Source of the DNA: Chloroflexota bacterium
GTDB lineage: Bacteria > Chloroflexota > Dormibacteria > Dormibacterales > Dormibacteraceae
Direction: 5' to 3'
Length of the DNA stretch: 64,000 nt
Assembly: GCA_005879985.1 (NCBI GenBank)
Contig: VBIA01000173.1
Span: forward strand, 1,562 to 65,561
Below are positions 17,345-31,338 of this stretch, piece after piece. Under the pieces are notes generated by a model. The model was given only the letters and a program-made list of their open reading frames with translations, made no database searches and was not told the DNA's origin. The stretch's first letter is position 1. Every line of letters begins with the position of its first letter. The position numbers were made by a program, and so were the translations under genes.

Positions 17345-17902
17345 ATGGCCAAATCGCTCGATGCCGCGGAGCAGGACGAGCTCCTGCGCCGCGCCGGCGG
17401 CGGCGACAAGGCGAGCCAGGACCGGCTGGTCGAGGCCTTCATGCCGGCCGTCGTGCGCCTGGCCGCGGCCCGCGGTGAGAAGGGCATGGAGATCGGCGAC
17501 CTGGTGCAGGAGGGCTCCATCGGGCTCATCGAGGCCATCCGGACCTTCACGGCCAGCGGCGAGTCTGATTTCAGGCGCTTTGCCGAGGTCCACATCGCGG
17601 CTCAGCTCACGGCCGCGATCGACGCTGAGGCTGCGGCCGCCCGCGAGGCGCAGCTGCTCGTGACGGCCTCCGCGGACTACGACCGCCTCGAGATGTTGCT
17701 GCGCCGGGAGCTGCATCGCGTACCGACAGAGGTCGAGATGGCGCGGAAGCTCGAGTGGACGGTGGAGCGCACGCGATACGTCGCGCAGATCGTGACCGAG
17801 GCGAGGCGCCGGCACGACGAGGAGCTGCTCGCGTACATCGACCCTGAAACGCTGGTCATAGAAGGCGATGTCGAAGCCGAAATCGATCCCAACCTGAACT
17901 AG
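17345..17902 (+). CDS. Sigma-70 family-like protein with regions 2 and 3 but no region 4
   Basis: DLVQEGSIGLIEAIRTF (region 2.2-like), FRRFAEVHIAAQL (2.3/2.4-like) and RVPTEVEMARKLEWTVERTRYV (region 3). The ORF stops 2 nt before gcvT. Confidence 0.6.
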   Translation: MAKSLDAAEQDELLRRAGGGDKASQDRLVEAFMPAVVRLAAARGEKGMEIGDLVQEGSIGLIEAIRTFTASGESDFRRFAEVHIAAQLTAAIDAEAAAAREAQLLVTASADYDRLEMLLRRELHRVPTEVEMARKLEWTVERTRYVAQIVTEARRRHDEELLAYIDPETLVIEGDVEAEIDPNLN

Positions 17903-17904
17903 CG

Positions 17905-19029
<1,125 letters not shown>

Positions 19030-19061
19030 CCAGCCGCATGTGAAGAAGGGGAGAGTGGTCG

Positions 19062-19439
19062 ATGGCTGAGCGGCGCTACAGCAAAACCCACGAATGGGTC
19101 ACAGTCGATGGCAAGACCGCGACCGTCGGCATCTCGGATTTCGCGCAGGCACAGCTCGGCGATGTGGTTTTCCTGGATCTGCCCAAGCCGGGCCGCAAGG
19201 TCGGCAAGGGTGAGGCCTTCGGCGTGATCGAATCGGTGAAGGCAGCGAGCGATCTCTACTCGCCCGTCAATGGAACGGTCGCGGCTGTCAATGAGAACTT
19301 GACCTCGCATCCCGAGCTCGTGAACTCCGACCCGTATGGCGAGGGCTGGATCCTGAAGGTAGACCTCGCCGGCGCGGTGCCGACAGACCTCATGGACGAA
19401 GCCGACTACAAGAAAGCGGCGGAGGCCGGCGCCCACTAG
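19062..19439 (+). CDS. gcvH: Glycine cleavage system H protein
   Basis: YSKTHEWV... and the lipoyl-lysine motif IESVKAASDLYSPV. Confidence 0.93.
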   Translation: MAERRYSKTHEWVTVDGKTATVGISDFAQAQLGDVVFLDLPKPGRKVGKGEAFGVIESVKAASDLYSPVNGTVAAVNENLTSHPELVNSDPYGEGWILKVDLAGAVPTDLMDEADYKKAAEAGAH

Positions 19440-20731
19440 TGCCCTACCTGGTCCATTCGCCGCAAGAGCGCGAGGAGATGCTGGCGGCGATCGGAGTCGA
19501 ATCGATGGACGCGCTCCTCGGCGACATACCGCCGTCGCTCCGCATTCACGATCTGAAGCTCGCGCGGGGCCTCTCCGAGTTCGAGACGATGGCCGCCGTC
19601 CGCGATCTCGCGGCGGCGAACCGAGTCTTCGCGGATCGATTGACCTTTCGGGGCGGCGGCATCTACAAGCGGTTCATCCCGACGGCGGTTGCCGCCGTCA
19701 CCGGCAAGCCGGAGTTCTACACCGCGTACACGCCCTACCAGCCCGAGGCTAGCCAGGGCACGCTGCAGGCGATCTACGAGTTCCAGACGCTCATCGCCGA
19801 GCTCACCGCGATGGACGTCGCGAACGCATCGCTCTACGACGGCGCGACCGCCGTCGCAGAGGCTTCGATGATGGCTCGCGTCCACACCGGCCGCGACGAG
19901 ATCCTTGTCGCGGGCTACGTGCACCCCGAGTCCATCGAAGTGCTGCACACCTTCAGCGAGGGCCGCGGCATGAAGGTGAAGCGCGGCGACCAGCCCACCA
20001 ACAAGACGGCAGCTGTCGTCTTCCAGCAGCCGGACTTCCTTGGTCTGCTCGTCGATGCCAGGGGCCTCACGGAAAGGGCGCACGCCGCCGGCGCGCTGGC
20101 CATCGCGTGCGTCGACCCGATCAGCCTCGCCATCCTTGCCCCGCCCGGTGAGTACGGCGCCGACATCGCCGTCGGTGAGGGACAGCAGCTCGGACTCAGC
20201 GCCAGCTATGGCGGCCCGCACGTCGGCTTCATCGCATGCACGAAGGAGCTCGTGCGCCGGCTTCCCGGGCGCCTCATCGGCAGCTCGCATGACGCTAAAG
20301 GCAGGCGCGGTTTCGTGCTCACGCTCACCGCGCGCGAACAGCACATCCGCCGCGAGAAGGCCACCTCCAACATCTGCACGAACCATTCGCTGTGCGCGCT
20401 GGCCGCGGCGGTCTACATGACCTACATGGGAGAGGCCGGCATGCGCCAGGTCGCGGAGGTCAGCTTCAAACGCGCGCACGCGCTGGCCGATCGGCTCGCG
20501 GCGCTGCCCGGCTGGGAGCTCGCTTTCCCCGAGCGCCAGTTCGTCAACGAGTTTCCAATCATCGTGCCGAAGCCCAAGCCGCTGCTCCGCAAGCTGGCGA
20601 GGAAGGGAATCCTCGGCGGGCTCGAGGTCGGACGCTGGTTCCGCGACCTGAGAGGCGTCCTCACGTTCACCTGCACCGAGGTCAACGACCCGGCCGCGAT
20701 CGACCAGCTGGTGGAGGCGCTGAGCGCGTGA
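19439..20731 (+). CDS. gcvPA: Glycine dehydrogenase (decarboxylating) subunit 1
   Basis: FRGGGIYKRFIP, YTPYQPEASQGTLQAIYEFQT and TAREQHIRREKATSNICTN. Confidence 0.92.
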   Translation: MPYLVHSPQEREEMLAAIGVESMDALLGDIPPSLRIHDLKLARGLSEFETMAAVRDLAAANRVFADRLTFRGGGIYKRFIPTAVAAVTGKPEFYTAYTPYQPEASQGTLQAIYEFQTLIAELTAMDVANASLYDGATAVAEASMMARVHTGRDEILVAGYVHPESIEVLHTFSEGRGMKVKRGDQPTNKTAAVVFQQPDFLGLLVDARGLTERAHAAGALAIACVDPISLAILAPPGEYGADIAVGEGQQLGLSASYGGPHVGFIACTKELVRRLPGRLIGSSHDAKGRRGFVLTLTAREQHIRREKATSNICTNHSLCALAAAVYMTYMGEAGMRQVAEVSFKRAHALADRLAALPGWELAFPERQFVNEFPIIVPKPKPLLRKLARKGILGGLEVGRWFRDLRGVLTFTCTEVNDPAAIDQLVEALSA

Positions 20732-20895
20732 CCGAGCCTCTTTCTTTCGAGCTCAGCCGCCCAGGCGCCGAGGCGCCGCGTCTGCCGGCCGCAGGTGTGC
20801 AGGCTCCCGCACCGGAGGACGCGCTCTCCAAAGATGCGCTCCGCGCGCATCCGCCCGACCTACCGCGTCTCAGCGAGCCCGAGATCATGCGCCAC
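20728..20895 (+). CDS. gcvPB: N-terminal fragment of glycine dehydrogenase subunit 2 (first ~56 codons, frame 1)
   Basis: A GTG at 20728 overlaps the gcvPA stop. [13 protein letters not shown]...[12 protein letters not shown] matches the usual GcvPB N-terminus. Homology then jumps to another frame at about 20896. Confidence 0.6.
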
Positions 20896-22129
20896 CAACG
20901 AGGCGGCGGCCGCGCTGCCGGGATTCGCCGGACTGCATCCGTATCAGGACGAGGAGACGGTGCAGGGCGCGCTCGAGCTCATGTACCGGCTGGAGCGCGC
21001 GCTGTGCGCGATCGTCGGCGTCGACCGGGTGACGCTGCAGCCGGCTGCCGGCGCCCACGGCGAGTGGACGGCCCTCCGGATGATCCAGGCATATCACCGC
21101 TCGCGCGGCGACAAGCGCTCAGAGGTCCTGGTCCCGGACTCGGCGCACGGAACCAACCCGGCGAGCGCGGCACTGAGCGGCTTCCAGGTGGTCGAGGTGC
21201 GCTCGGGGCCTGACGGCCGCATCAGCCTGGCCGACCTGGAGTCGAAGCTGTCGCCGCAGGTCGCGGCCCTGATGCTGACAAACCCCAACACCTTGGGGTT
21301 GTTCGAGCGCGAGATCCTGGATGTAGCCGAGATGGTTCACGCCACCGGGGCGATGCTCTACTACGACGGCGCCAACCTCAACGCCTTCATGGGCGTGGCC
21401 CGGCCGGGCGACATGGGCTTCGACGCGGTGCACATGAACTTGCACAAGACGTTCACCACCCCGCACGGCGGCGGCGGCCCCGGCGCAGGCCCGGTGGGCG
21501 TGAAGGCCGACCTCATCCCGTTCCTCCCACACCCGACGGTCGAGCAGTCCGACGGCCACTACACGTTTGATTTCAAGCGGCCGAAGTCGATCGGCCGCGT
21601 GCGCAGCTTCTACGGCAACTTCGGAATGCTCGTCCGCGCCTACACGTACATCCTGGCCATGGGCGGCGACGGCCTGACGCAGGCATCGCTCGACGCTGTT
21701 CTGTCCGCGAACTACCTGCGCAAGCAGGTCGAGGGCGTGCTCGACCTGCCCCATGAGGGCCCGTGCATGCACGAGTTCGTGGCCAGCGCGCACAACCTGG
21801 CGCCGCAAGGCGTGAAGGCCCTGGACGTGGCCAAGGGGCTGCTCGAGAGGGACTTTTATGCCCCCACGGTCTACTTCCCGCTCGTGGTGGCGGAGGCAAT
21901 CATGGTCGAGCCGACTGAGACCGAGAGCAAGGCCACCCTCGACGCCTTCGCGGCCGCCCTGAAGGAGATCGTGGAGCAGGCTCGGACCGACCCCGCGGCG
22001 CTCCACGCCGAGCCCCACAGCCTGCCCGTCGGGAGGCTCGACGAGGTGGGCACGGCGCGCCGGATCACGGCTTATCTGACCGGCCAGAGCGAGGATCCGG
22101 TTTTGAGGTGGAAGCGAGTTCAGAAATAG
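20795..22129 (+). CDS. gcvPB: Glycine dehydrogenase (decarboxylating) subunit 2, main fragment (homology from about 20897)
   Basis: [52 protein letters not shown] (PLP-Lys region) and the C-terminal domain are present. Residues before NEAAA in this ORF are out-of-frame junk. Confidence 0.85.
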   Translation: MCRLPHRRTRSPKMRSARIRPTYRVSASPRSCATNEAAAALPGFAGLHPYQDEETVQGALELMYRLERALCAIVGVDRVTLQPAAGAHGEWTALRMIQAYHRSRGDKRSEVLVPDSAHGTNPASAALSGFQVVEVRSGPDGRISLADLESKLSPQVAALMLTNPNTLGLFEREILDVAEMVHATGAMLYYDGANLNAFMGVARPGDMGFDAVHMNLHKTFTTPHGGGGPGAGPVGVKADLIPFLPHPTVEQSDGHYTFDFKRPKSIGRVRSFYGNFGMLVRAYTYILAMGGDGLTQASLDAVLSANYLRKQVEGVLDLPHEGPCMHEFVASAHNLAPQGVKALDVAKGLLERDFYAPTVYFPLVVAEAIMVEPTETESKATLDAFAAALKEIVEQARTDPAALHAEPHSLPVGRLDEVGTARRITAYLTGQSEDPVLRWKRVQK

Positions 22130-22312
22130 GCCTGTTAAGAGGGGTCCCGGAGGCCATTTCCGTATTCGAAATCCGGTAAAATTCAAAGCCTGAAACTCTC
22201 CCCAGTTGACCCCTACGAGTTCTCCACGCTGGGAGGCCTGATTTCCGGATAAATGGCAGTCCGAAAACCCCTGCCTGAACCTTCCCGCAGGTCCAAATCC
22301 CTTGGCGCGGAC

Positions 22313-23671
22313 ATGGCGTACACAGCCGAGCAGATCCAGGTCCTCGAGGGCCGCGAGCACGTTCGGCGGCGTCCGAGCATGTACATCGGCTCGACCAGCG
22401 CGACCGGTCTTCACCACCTGGTCTACGAGGTGGTCGACAACGCAGTCGACGAGGCTCTGGCGGGCTACTGCACGCGCATCGTCGTCACCCTCCACAAGGA
22501 CGGCAGCTGCTCGGTCGATGACAACGGCCGTGGCATCCCGGTGGACGTCCATAAGAAAGAAGGTCTCTCCGCGCTCGAGCTGGTGATGACTCGGCTTAAC
22601 GCCGGCGGCAAATTCGGCGGAGGCGGCTACAAGGTTTCGTCAGGCCTGCACGGCGTGGGCGTCTCGGCAGTGAACTTCCTCAGTGCGAAGCTGGAGGTAT
22701 GGGTCCACCTCGGCGGCAAGATCTACCACCAGGCCTACGAGCGGGGCGTGCCGAAGGCCCCGGTCAAGGCCATCGGCAAGACCGACCACCGCGGCACCAT
22801 CGTGCGGTTCTGGCCCGACCCGCAGATCTTCCCCGACGTCACCCTCGACCGCGAGGTCATCCGCCACCGCCTGCGCGAGATGGCCTATCTGAACAAGCGG
22901 CTGGAGATCGCACTCTCTGAGGAGGAGCTCGCGATCACGAGCACTTTCTACTTCGAGGGTGGCATCGTCTCGTTTGTCCGCGCGCTCAACCGCGGCAAGG
23001 CCGTCGTGAACTCGATGCCTTGCTATGTCGACCGCGAGATCGAGGGCACGCAGGTCGAAGTCGCGCTGCAGTACAACGACACGTTCGTCGAGAACGTGAT
23101 CGCCTTCGCAAACACCATCCACACCATCGAGGGCGGCAGCCACCTCACTGGTTTTCGCTCCGCGCTCACCAACGTCCTGAACCGCTACGCGCGGAAGGCC
23201 ACCATCCTCAAGGAGTCCGACCCGAACCTCACCGGTGACGACGTGCGCGAGGGATTGACGGCGGTCATCAGCGTCAAAGTGCTCGAGCCGCAGTTCGAAG
23301 GTCAGACCAAGGGAAAACTTGGCAACGCCGAGGTGCAGGGCCACGTTTCGCTGGCGCTGACCGAGGGACTCACGCAGTACCTCGAGGAGAACCCGTCAGA
23401 AGGCCGGCGCATCGTCGAGAAGTCGCTGACCGCTTCGCGCGCGCGTGAGGCGGCGCGCAAGGCGCGCGATCTGGTGCAGCGCAAGAGCCTGCTCGAGTCG
23501 AGCACGCTTCCTGGGCGATCCTCCCGATGCGCGGCAAGATTCTCAACGTCGAGAAGGCGCGCCTCGACAAGGTGCTGGGCTTCGAGGTCATCCGCGACCT
23601 CATCACCGCGATGGGCGCAGGCATCGGCGACAACTTCAACATCGAGAAGATGCGCTACCACCGGATCGTGA
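22313..23671 (+). CDS. gyrB: DNA gyrase subunit B, N-terminal fragment (ATPase and transducer); homology ends at about 23515
   Basis: [54 protein letters not shown] and [12 protein letters not shown]. After ..ESSTLPG the frame no longer resembles GyrB. Confidence 0.9.
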   Translation: MAYTAEQIQVLEGREHVRRRPSMYIGSTSATGLHHLVYEVVDNAVDEALAGYCTRIVVTLHKDGSCSVDDNGRGIPVDVHKKEGLSALELVMTRLNAGGKFGGGGYKVSSGLHGVGVSAVNFLSAKLEVWVHLGGKIYHQAYERGVPKAPVKAIGKTDHRGTIVRFWPDPQIFPDVTLDREVIRHRLREMAYLNKRLEIALSEEELAITSTFYFEGGIVSFVRALNRGKAVVNSMPCYVDREIEGTQVEVALQYNDTFVENVIAFANTIHTIEGGSHLTGFRSALTNVLNRYARKATILKESDPNLTGDDVREGLTAVISVKVLEPQFEGQTKGKLGNAEVQGHVSLALTEGLTQYLEENPSEGRRIVEKSLTASRAREAARKARDLVQRKSLLESSTLPGRSSRCAARFSTSRRRASTRCWASRSSATSSPRWAQASATTSTSRRCATTGS

Positions 23672-24090
23672 GCATGACCGACGCCGACGTCGACGGCAGT
23701 CACATCCGCACGCTGCTGCTCACATTCTTCTTCCGGCATTTCCCGGAGGTCATCGACCGGGGCTACCTCTATATGGCGCAGCCGCCGCTGTACAAGGTGT
23801 CGAAGGGCAAGCAGGTCGTGTGGTGCCGGTCCGAGGCCGACCGCGAGCGCGCGCTGAAGCAGCTCGGCAAGAACGCAGAGGTCCAGCGCATGAAGGGACT
23901 CGGCGAGATGAACGCCAATGAGCTTTGGGATACCACCATGAACCCGGAGACGCGCGTCCTTCTGCGTGTGCAGGTCGACGACGCCGCGGCGGCCAACGAG
24001 ATATTCGAGAAGCTGATGGGCCCTGAGGTCGAGCCACGCAAGAAATTCATCCAGGCGCACGCCAAGAGCGTCCGGAACCTAGACATCTAG
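23527..24090 (+). CDS. gyrB: DNA gyrase subunit B, C-terminal fragment (rest of Toprim plus tail), in a different frame
   Basis: (AILP)[49 protein letters not shown] and ..NLDI terminus. Confidence 0.9.
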   Translation: MRGKILNVEKARLDKVLGFEVIRDLITAMGAGIGDNFNIEKMRYHRIVSMTDADVDGSHIRTLLLTFFFRHFPEVIDRGYLYMAQPPLYKVSKGKQVVWCRSEADRERALKQLGKNAEVQRMKGLGEMNANELWDTTMNPETRVLLRVQVDDAAAANEIFEKLMGPEVEPRKKFIQAHAKSVRNLDI

Positions 24091-24115
24091 TGAGCGTCCG
24101 GGCCCGGCCGCTCTA

Positions 24116-25090
24116 ATGCGAATCGCTGTCGACGCAATGGGCGGCGACAACGCGCCGGAGCAGGTGCTGCAGGGCGCGACTCAAGCCGCCGAGGAGATGG
24201 GCATCGACATCGCGATTGTCGGGCTGCCCGGCTCGGTGCAGCCGCTGCTGGAGAAGCATCCGAAGCTCGTTCTGGTGCCCTGCACGCAGGTCATCGGAAT
24301 GGACGAGCATCCGGCGCAAGCGGTGCGATCGAAGCCCGACTCATCGATGAGCGTATGCGCGCACCTGTGCAAGGCAGGAAAGGCGGACGGCTGGATTTCG
24401 GCAGGCAACTCCGGAGCGATCATGGCCACAGCCCTCTTCGTGCAGGGCCGGATCAGAGGAGTCGAGCGCCCCGCCCTCGGGTCGGTGATTCCGACCCGCG
24501 ACGGCTTCGCTTACTTCCTCGATGTGGGCGCCAACGTTGACTCGAAGCCCGAGTACCTCGTGCAGTTCGCAACGATGGGCGCGGTGTACGCGCGCGAGAT
24601 GATGGGCCGGCCTGAGCCGCGAGTGGGTCTGCTCAGCAACGGCGAGGAGGACGGCAAGGGCAACGAGCTGGTGCGCGAGGCCGGGAGACGACTGAAGGGC
24701 ACGATGCGCGGGTTCGTCGGCAACGTGGAGCCGAAAGACCTGTACGCGTCAAAGGCCGACGTGGTCGTGGCGGACGGCTTCGTCGGCAACGTGGCCATCA
24801 AGATGGCGGAGGCGACGGCCGAGTTCCTGTTCCGCAACCTGCGCGACGAGATCCCTCGCACGACGCGCGGAAAGCTGGGCGGACTGCTCATCCGGGACGG
24901 GGTGCGGCAGCTCCGCGCGCGCATCGACTGGCGCGAGTTCGGAGGTGCCCCGCTGCTGGGCATCGACGGCGTCGCGGTCATCGCCCACGGCCGTTCTGAC
25001 GCGCGCGCCATAAAGAACGCCATCCGCGTCACGCGCGAGGCGGTGGAAAACAAGCTCGTCGGTAAGATTCGAGCTGAGGTGGGCAGGTGA
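24116..25090 (+). CDS. plsX: Phosphate acyltransferase PlsX
   Basis: MRIAVDAMGGDNAP, GNSGA, GNVEPKD, DGFVGN and GAPLLG signatures. Confidence 0.92.
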   Translation: MRIAVDAMGGDNAPEQVLQGATQAAEEMGIDIAIVGLPGSVQPLLEKHPKLVLVPCTQVIGMDEHPAQAVRSKPDSSMSVCAHLCKAGKADGWISAGNSGAIMATALFVQGRIRGVERPALGSVIPTRDGFAYFLDVGANVDSKPEYLVQFATMGAVYAREMMGRPEPRVGLLSNGEEDGKGNELVREAGRRLKGTMRGFVGNVEPKDLYASKADVVVADGFVGNVAIKMAEATAEFLFRNLRDEIPRTTRGKLGGLLIRDGVRQLRARIDWREFGGAPLLGIDGVAVIAHGRSDARAIKNAIRVTREAVENKLVGKIRAEVGR

Positions 25091-26343
25091 ATAGGAAGAA
25101 CGGGCGCACGCGCGTCGTCATCACCGGCATGGGCACGATCAATCCGCTCGGCAAGAACCTCGACGAGTACTGGGACGGGCTGATCGAAGGGCGGAGCACG
25201 GCGCGCACCGTCGAGGGCACCTATCCGACCGACAAGCTGACAACCAAGTTCGCCTGCGAGATCCAGGGCTACGACCCGACGACATACCTCGACCGCAAGG
25301 CGGCGTCGCGCATGTCGCGGTTCGCGCAGATGGCCGTCATCGCGTCAAACATGGCGCTGGAGGATGCGGCACTCGACGTTTCGAAAGAGGAGAGCTTCCG
25401 CGTGGGTGTCGACCTTGGCACCGGCATCGGCGGGTTCATCGAGATGACGTCGGGTGCCGGGGCGTTCGCGATGAAGGGCCGGTTGTCGAATCCGCTTTAC
25501 GCGGCAGTGATCCTCCCCAATATGGCGGCCGCGTCGGTGGCCATGCACTTTCGGGTCCGCGGTCCCAACACCACAATGACCACCGCGTGCGCAGCGTCGA
25601 CGCATGCAATCGGCGACGCCGCACGCATCATCGAGCACGGCGACGCTGACGTGATGCTGGCGGGCGGCACCGAGGCCGGGCTTTGCGAGATAGGCATCTA
25701 CGCCTTCGGCGTCATCAAGGCCCTGTCTACGCGCAATGACGCGCCGGAGAAGGCGAGCCGGCCGTTCGATCGCGACCGCGACGGGTTCGTGCCTGGCGAA
25801 GGCGCCGGCGTGCTGGTGCTCGAGTCACTTGAGCACGCGGTCAATCGCGGAGCGCGCATATACGGCGAGGTGCTCGGCTTTGGGCTCACCTGTGATGCCT
25901 ATCACCAGGTCGCGCCCGATGCGACCGGTGAGGCGCCCGCTCAAGCGGTGACACTGGCGATGAAGGACGCGGGGGTCGAGCCGGCCGACATTGACTACAT
26001 CAACGCCCACGGAACCTCGACGCAGCTCAACGACGCCGGGGAAACCAAGGCTTTGAAGATCGCGCTAGGCGAGCACGCATACAAGATCCCCATCAGCAGC
26101 ACTAAGTCGATGATCGGACACCTGCTCGGCGCGGCCGGTGCCGTGGAAGCGATCGCGACGATCCTCACGATCAACCGCGGAATGATCCACCCGACCATCA
26201 ACTACGAGAACCCCGACCCGGAGTGTGACCTCGACTACGTTCCGAACACAGCGCGGCGCAAGGACGTGCGCATCGCGATGTCGAACGGATTCGGTTTCGG
26301 CGGCCACAACGCGGTCGTGGTTCTCGGCAAGTACGAGGAATAA
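25087..26343 (+). CDS. fabF: Beta-ketoacyl-ACP synthase II
   Basis: RVVITGMG, the active-site region TTACAAS, INAHGTSTQLND and SNGFGFGGHNA. Confidence 0.92.
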   Translation: MNRKNGRTRVVITGMGTINPLGKNLDEYWDGLIEGRSTARTVEGTYPTDKLTTKFACEIQGYDPTTYLDRKAASRMSRFAQMAVIASNMALEDAALDVSKEESFRVGVDLGTGIGGFIEMTSGAGAFAMKGRLSNPLYAAVILPNMAAASVAMHFRVRGPNTTMTTACAASTHAIGDAARIIEHGDADVMLAGGTEAGLCEIGIYAFGVIKALSTRNDAPEKASRPFDRDRDGFVPGEGAGVLVLESLEHAVNRGARIYGEVLGFGLTCDAYHQVAPDATGEAPAQAVTLAMKDAGVEPADIDYINAHGTSTQLNDAGETKALKIALGEHAYKIPISSTKSMIGHLLGAAGAVEAIATILTINRGMIHPTINYENPDPECDLDYVPNTARRKDVRIAMSNGFGFGGHNAVVVLGKYEE

Positions 26344-26349
26344 CCGCAA

Positions 26350-28763
<2,414 letters not shown>

Positions 28764-28767
<4 letters not shown>

Positions 28768-29048
28768 GCTCCGTCGGCCCCTGGCTTCTGGTGTTCGGCG
28801 CGGCCGTGATCGTGGTGGAAGGCACGATCAGCGCGGTATGGAGCGTCAAGCTGGCAAGGCAGGGCCGGGCGCTGGCGGCGATGCTCGAACGCGAACGCGG
28901 CCTGGTCCAGGGCGACGTCGCACGCCTGCATGACACGCTTGAAGAGACGCGCCGCCTGTGGGAGCCATGGCGGCGGGCGTTGCGCTGGCTGCGACATCCG
29001 TTCGTGGCCGCTCTGCTTGCCTCGTTCTGGAGGCGTGTGGCGGGCTAG
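28764..29048 (+). CDS. Hypothetical small membrane protein
   Basis: GTGA overlap with the gyrA stop; one N-terminal TM segment ([12 protein letters not shown]). No recognisable motif. Confidence 0.4.
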
Positions 29049-29084
29049 CTGACGCCGGGTCCGTTAGGCCAAACTACTGGCGGC

Positions 29085-29732
29085 ATGCGTGAGGTAGAGA
29101 GCCACGATCCCGCCACGTCCCTGAAGCTGGCCGAAGAGTCGGCGGTGGCGAGGGAACGAGCCCGGATGGCCCGCGAGCTGCACGACGGCCTGGCAACGGA
29201 CCTGGCCGGGGCGATCTCACTCTTCAAGGTCTACCTCGAGGGCCACCGCGAGGCGAGCGACACGACACTTCGCAATGTCTTCGAGATCCTCGAGCGGATG
29301 CTGAAGCAGGTGCGGGAGACCCTGGCGGAGCTGCGGCCGCGGCCGATTGGGCCAGAGGGCCTCGTGGGCGATCTGCGCCACCAGGCCGAAGAGTTCGCGC
29401 GCCTGTACGCGATCCGCGTCGAGATTGCGACCAGCGGCACCGAGGACATGCTGCCGCATCCGCAGCGCGAAGTCGTCAACCTGGTGGTCCGTGAGGCGTT
29501 GACCAACGTCCGAAAGCACTCCGGTTCGTCGATCTGCCGGGTGCGCATGCATTTCGCCGCGCGACCGTTCCTTGTCGAGGTCTCGGACGAGGGCAAGGGA
29601 TTCGTATCGTCACAGGCCCACGGCTACGGGCTGGTGGGAATGCGCGAGCGCGCCGCGGGCATCGGAGGCAGGCTCGAGGTGGTGAGCACGGAAGGTCGCG
29701 GCACGACTGTGTTTCTCTTCGGACCGCACTAA
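29085..29732 (+). CDS. Soluble histidine kinase core (HisKA_3 plus HATPase_c), with no sensor domain
   Basis: H-box ARELHDGLATDL, N-box REALTNVRKH and GYGLVGMRERA (G2 box). Confidence 0.8.
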   Translation: MREVESHDPATSLKLAEESAVARERARMARELHDGLATDLAGAISLFKVYLEGHREASDTTLRNVFEILERMLKQVRETLAELRPRPIGPEGLVGDLRHQAEEFARLYAIRVEIATSGTEDMLPHPQREVVNLVVREALTNVRKHSGSSICRVRMHFAARPFLVEVSDEGKGFVSSQAHGYGLVGMRERAAGIGGRLEVVSTEGRGTTVFLFGPH

Positions 29733-29850
29733 ACAGAGCAGCGCGGCCGAGCGCCACGACTTTCCTCATCGTGGTGCTCGGTGTGTGTTTGCCGGCCTTC
29801 TGGTGGTCCCCGACCGCGTGGTCGTTCGGACCGCACCAGACATCCACCCC

Positions 29851-30459
29851 TCACCACACGCATACCGGTATCCGGTGCGGCGCTCGCTGGTTCAGCTTCC
29901 GCTTCACCGAGCTGATCAGCGCATCCGTCTCCACGTGACCTGCTTTGATCGCCCGAGCGATCTCCTCGCGTGACAGGCCGCAGCTCATGAGCTGCACAAC
30001 CTCAGCTTCGGCCTCGGTCATCCGGCCGAGCGGACCGCGCAGCGCCGAGATGATCGGGACCAGTGCGGTGCCCAGGCCGATCGCGTACTGCACGTCTTCT
30101 TCCGAGTACCAGTAGTCGCGCCTGCAGCCGAGCACAAGCAGGCCGATGGGCCGCTGCCCGGGCTCACCGATCGGGGTGTACATGATGGCGGGCCAGTCGA
30201 GCTCCCAGTCGAAGCCGGCGGCGGGAGTTGTGTAGGGAAAGACGGAGTTGACGACCACCGGCCGCTGCTCGAAAAGCGCGCGGCGTGACAGCGGCTGCAG
30301 GGGATGAGCCTGCAGCAGCCGCCGCGATATCTCTGATGCTGCAACCGGCTGCAGCGCCCCTCCGCGTAGGAAGCCGACGACCCAGCGGTCGTGGGACAGG
30401 ACTTCGAGGGCCAGCCCCAGTCGGCGCCTGGCTTCCTGTAAATCAAGGAGCTGGCCCAT
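29851..30459 (-). CDS. LuxR-family transcriptional regulator with a GAF-like N-terminal domain
   Basis: C-terminal HTH: MTEAEAEVVQLMSCGLSREEIARAI...SSVKRKL. About 140 aa of N-terminal sequence is not a receiver domain; the GAF-like assignment is a guess. Confidence 0.6.
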   Translation of the reverse strand: MGQLLDLQEARRRLGLALEVLSHDRWVVGFLRGGALQPVAASEISRRLLQAHPLQPLSRRALFEQRPVVVNSVFPYTTPAAGFDWELDWPAIMYTPIGEPGQRPIGLLVLGCRRDYWYSEEDVQYAIGLGTALVPIISALRGPLGRMTEAEAEVVQLMSCGLSREEIARAIKAGHVETDALISSVKRKLNQRAPHRIPVCVW

Positions 30460-30593
30460 GCAGCGAGGCTATGCACATCCGGATTCGCTGACCTCAGCCC
30501 AGCTTCATCGTTTCCTCAGGAATCGCTGAACTTTTGGCGCGCCGGGCGCGAGCCGGTTGGGCCTCACTGAATTCTGTTAGCGTCCTGCCGGGG

Positions 30594-31277
30594 ATGGGCG
30601 CGCCCGCCAGGTTGCTCGTCGTCGACGACGAACCGCGCACGGCAGAGGTCACCGCGGAGCTGCTGAGGCGCGCGGGTTACGCGGTGGACGTTGCGCTGAG
30701 CGGCACTGAAGCGCTGTCGCGGGTGAGGTCGGAAACGCCTGACCTGATGCTTCTGGACTACGAGATGCCTGACATGGACGCGCCCGAGGTGCTGGACCAG
30801 CTGCGGTCGGGATCCGATCGCCTTTCGTTTCCCGTGATCATCTTCACCGGCGCGCGGCCGTCGCCGGGCGACCAGGTGCTGAGCATCGAGCGAGGGGCGG
30901 CCGACTACATCGCGAAAGGCACTGACCGCCAGGTGCTGCTCGCGCGCGTGCGTGGTGCGCTGCGCGACCGCACGCCTGCAGGCCGCGCGCTGGTACGAGG
31001 ACGCTTGCGTGTCGACCTCGCGCGCATGTCCGCCACCCTGGACGGCCGCGAGCTGCATCTCGAGGGACGACCGCTCGTCACGCTGCACATCCTGGCCGAG
31101 AAGCCGGGTGAGGTCGTGTCGCGCAACGAGCTGCTCGAGCGCGCGTGGGGCACGAACTACGCAGGGTTCGAGCACAGCGTCGAGCAGGCGGTGCACGAGG
31201 TGCGGCGCGCGCTGCGCGAGCCGGGCTGGATCGAGACGGTACGTGGGATCGGATACCGGTTCGTCACGCAGGCCTGA
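30594..31277 (+). CDS. OmpR-family response regulator (receiver plus winged-helix domain)
   Basis: LLVVDDEP, LMLLDYEMPDMD, IIFTG, YIAKG and the C-terminal GIGYRFV. Confidence 0.88.
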   Translation: MGAPARLLVVDDEPRTAEVTAELLRRAGYAVDVALSGTEALSRVRSETPDLMLLDYEMPDMDAPEVLDQLRSGSDRLSFPVIIFTGARPSPGDQVLSIERGAADYIAKGTDRQVLLARVRGALRDRTPAGRALVRGRLRVDLARMSATLDGRELHLEGRPLVTLHILAEKPGEVVSRNELLERAWGTNYAGFEHSVEQAVHEVRRALREPGWIETVRGIGYRFVTQA

Positions 31278-31338
31278 ACGCCCGGCGGCTCTGCACCGCC
31301 TGCGCTCGACGCTCGCGCGATTGAAGGCCGAGCTGGAG

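Noticed and set aside
17217-17663. ORF translating the tandem repeat as ..GEGQGEGRKKGSGGEGQGEG..
   Set aside because: The N-terminus is simply the repeat element read through. The downstream part is out of frame with the sigma-like gene.
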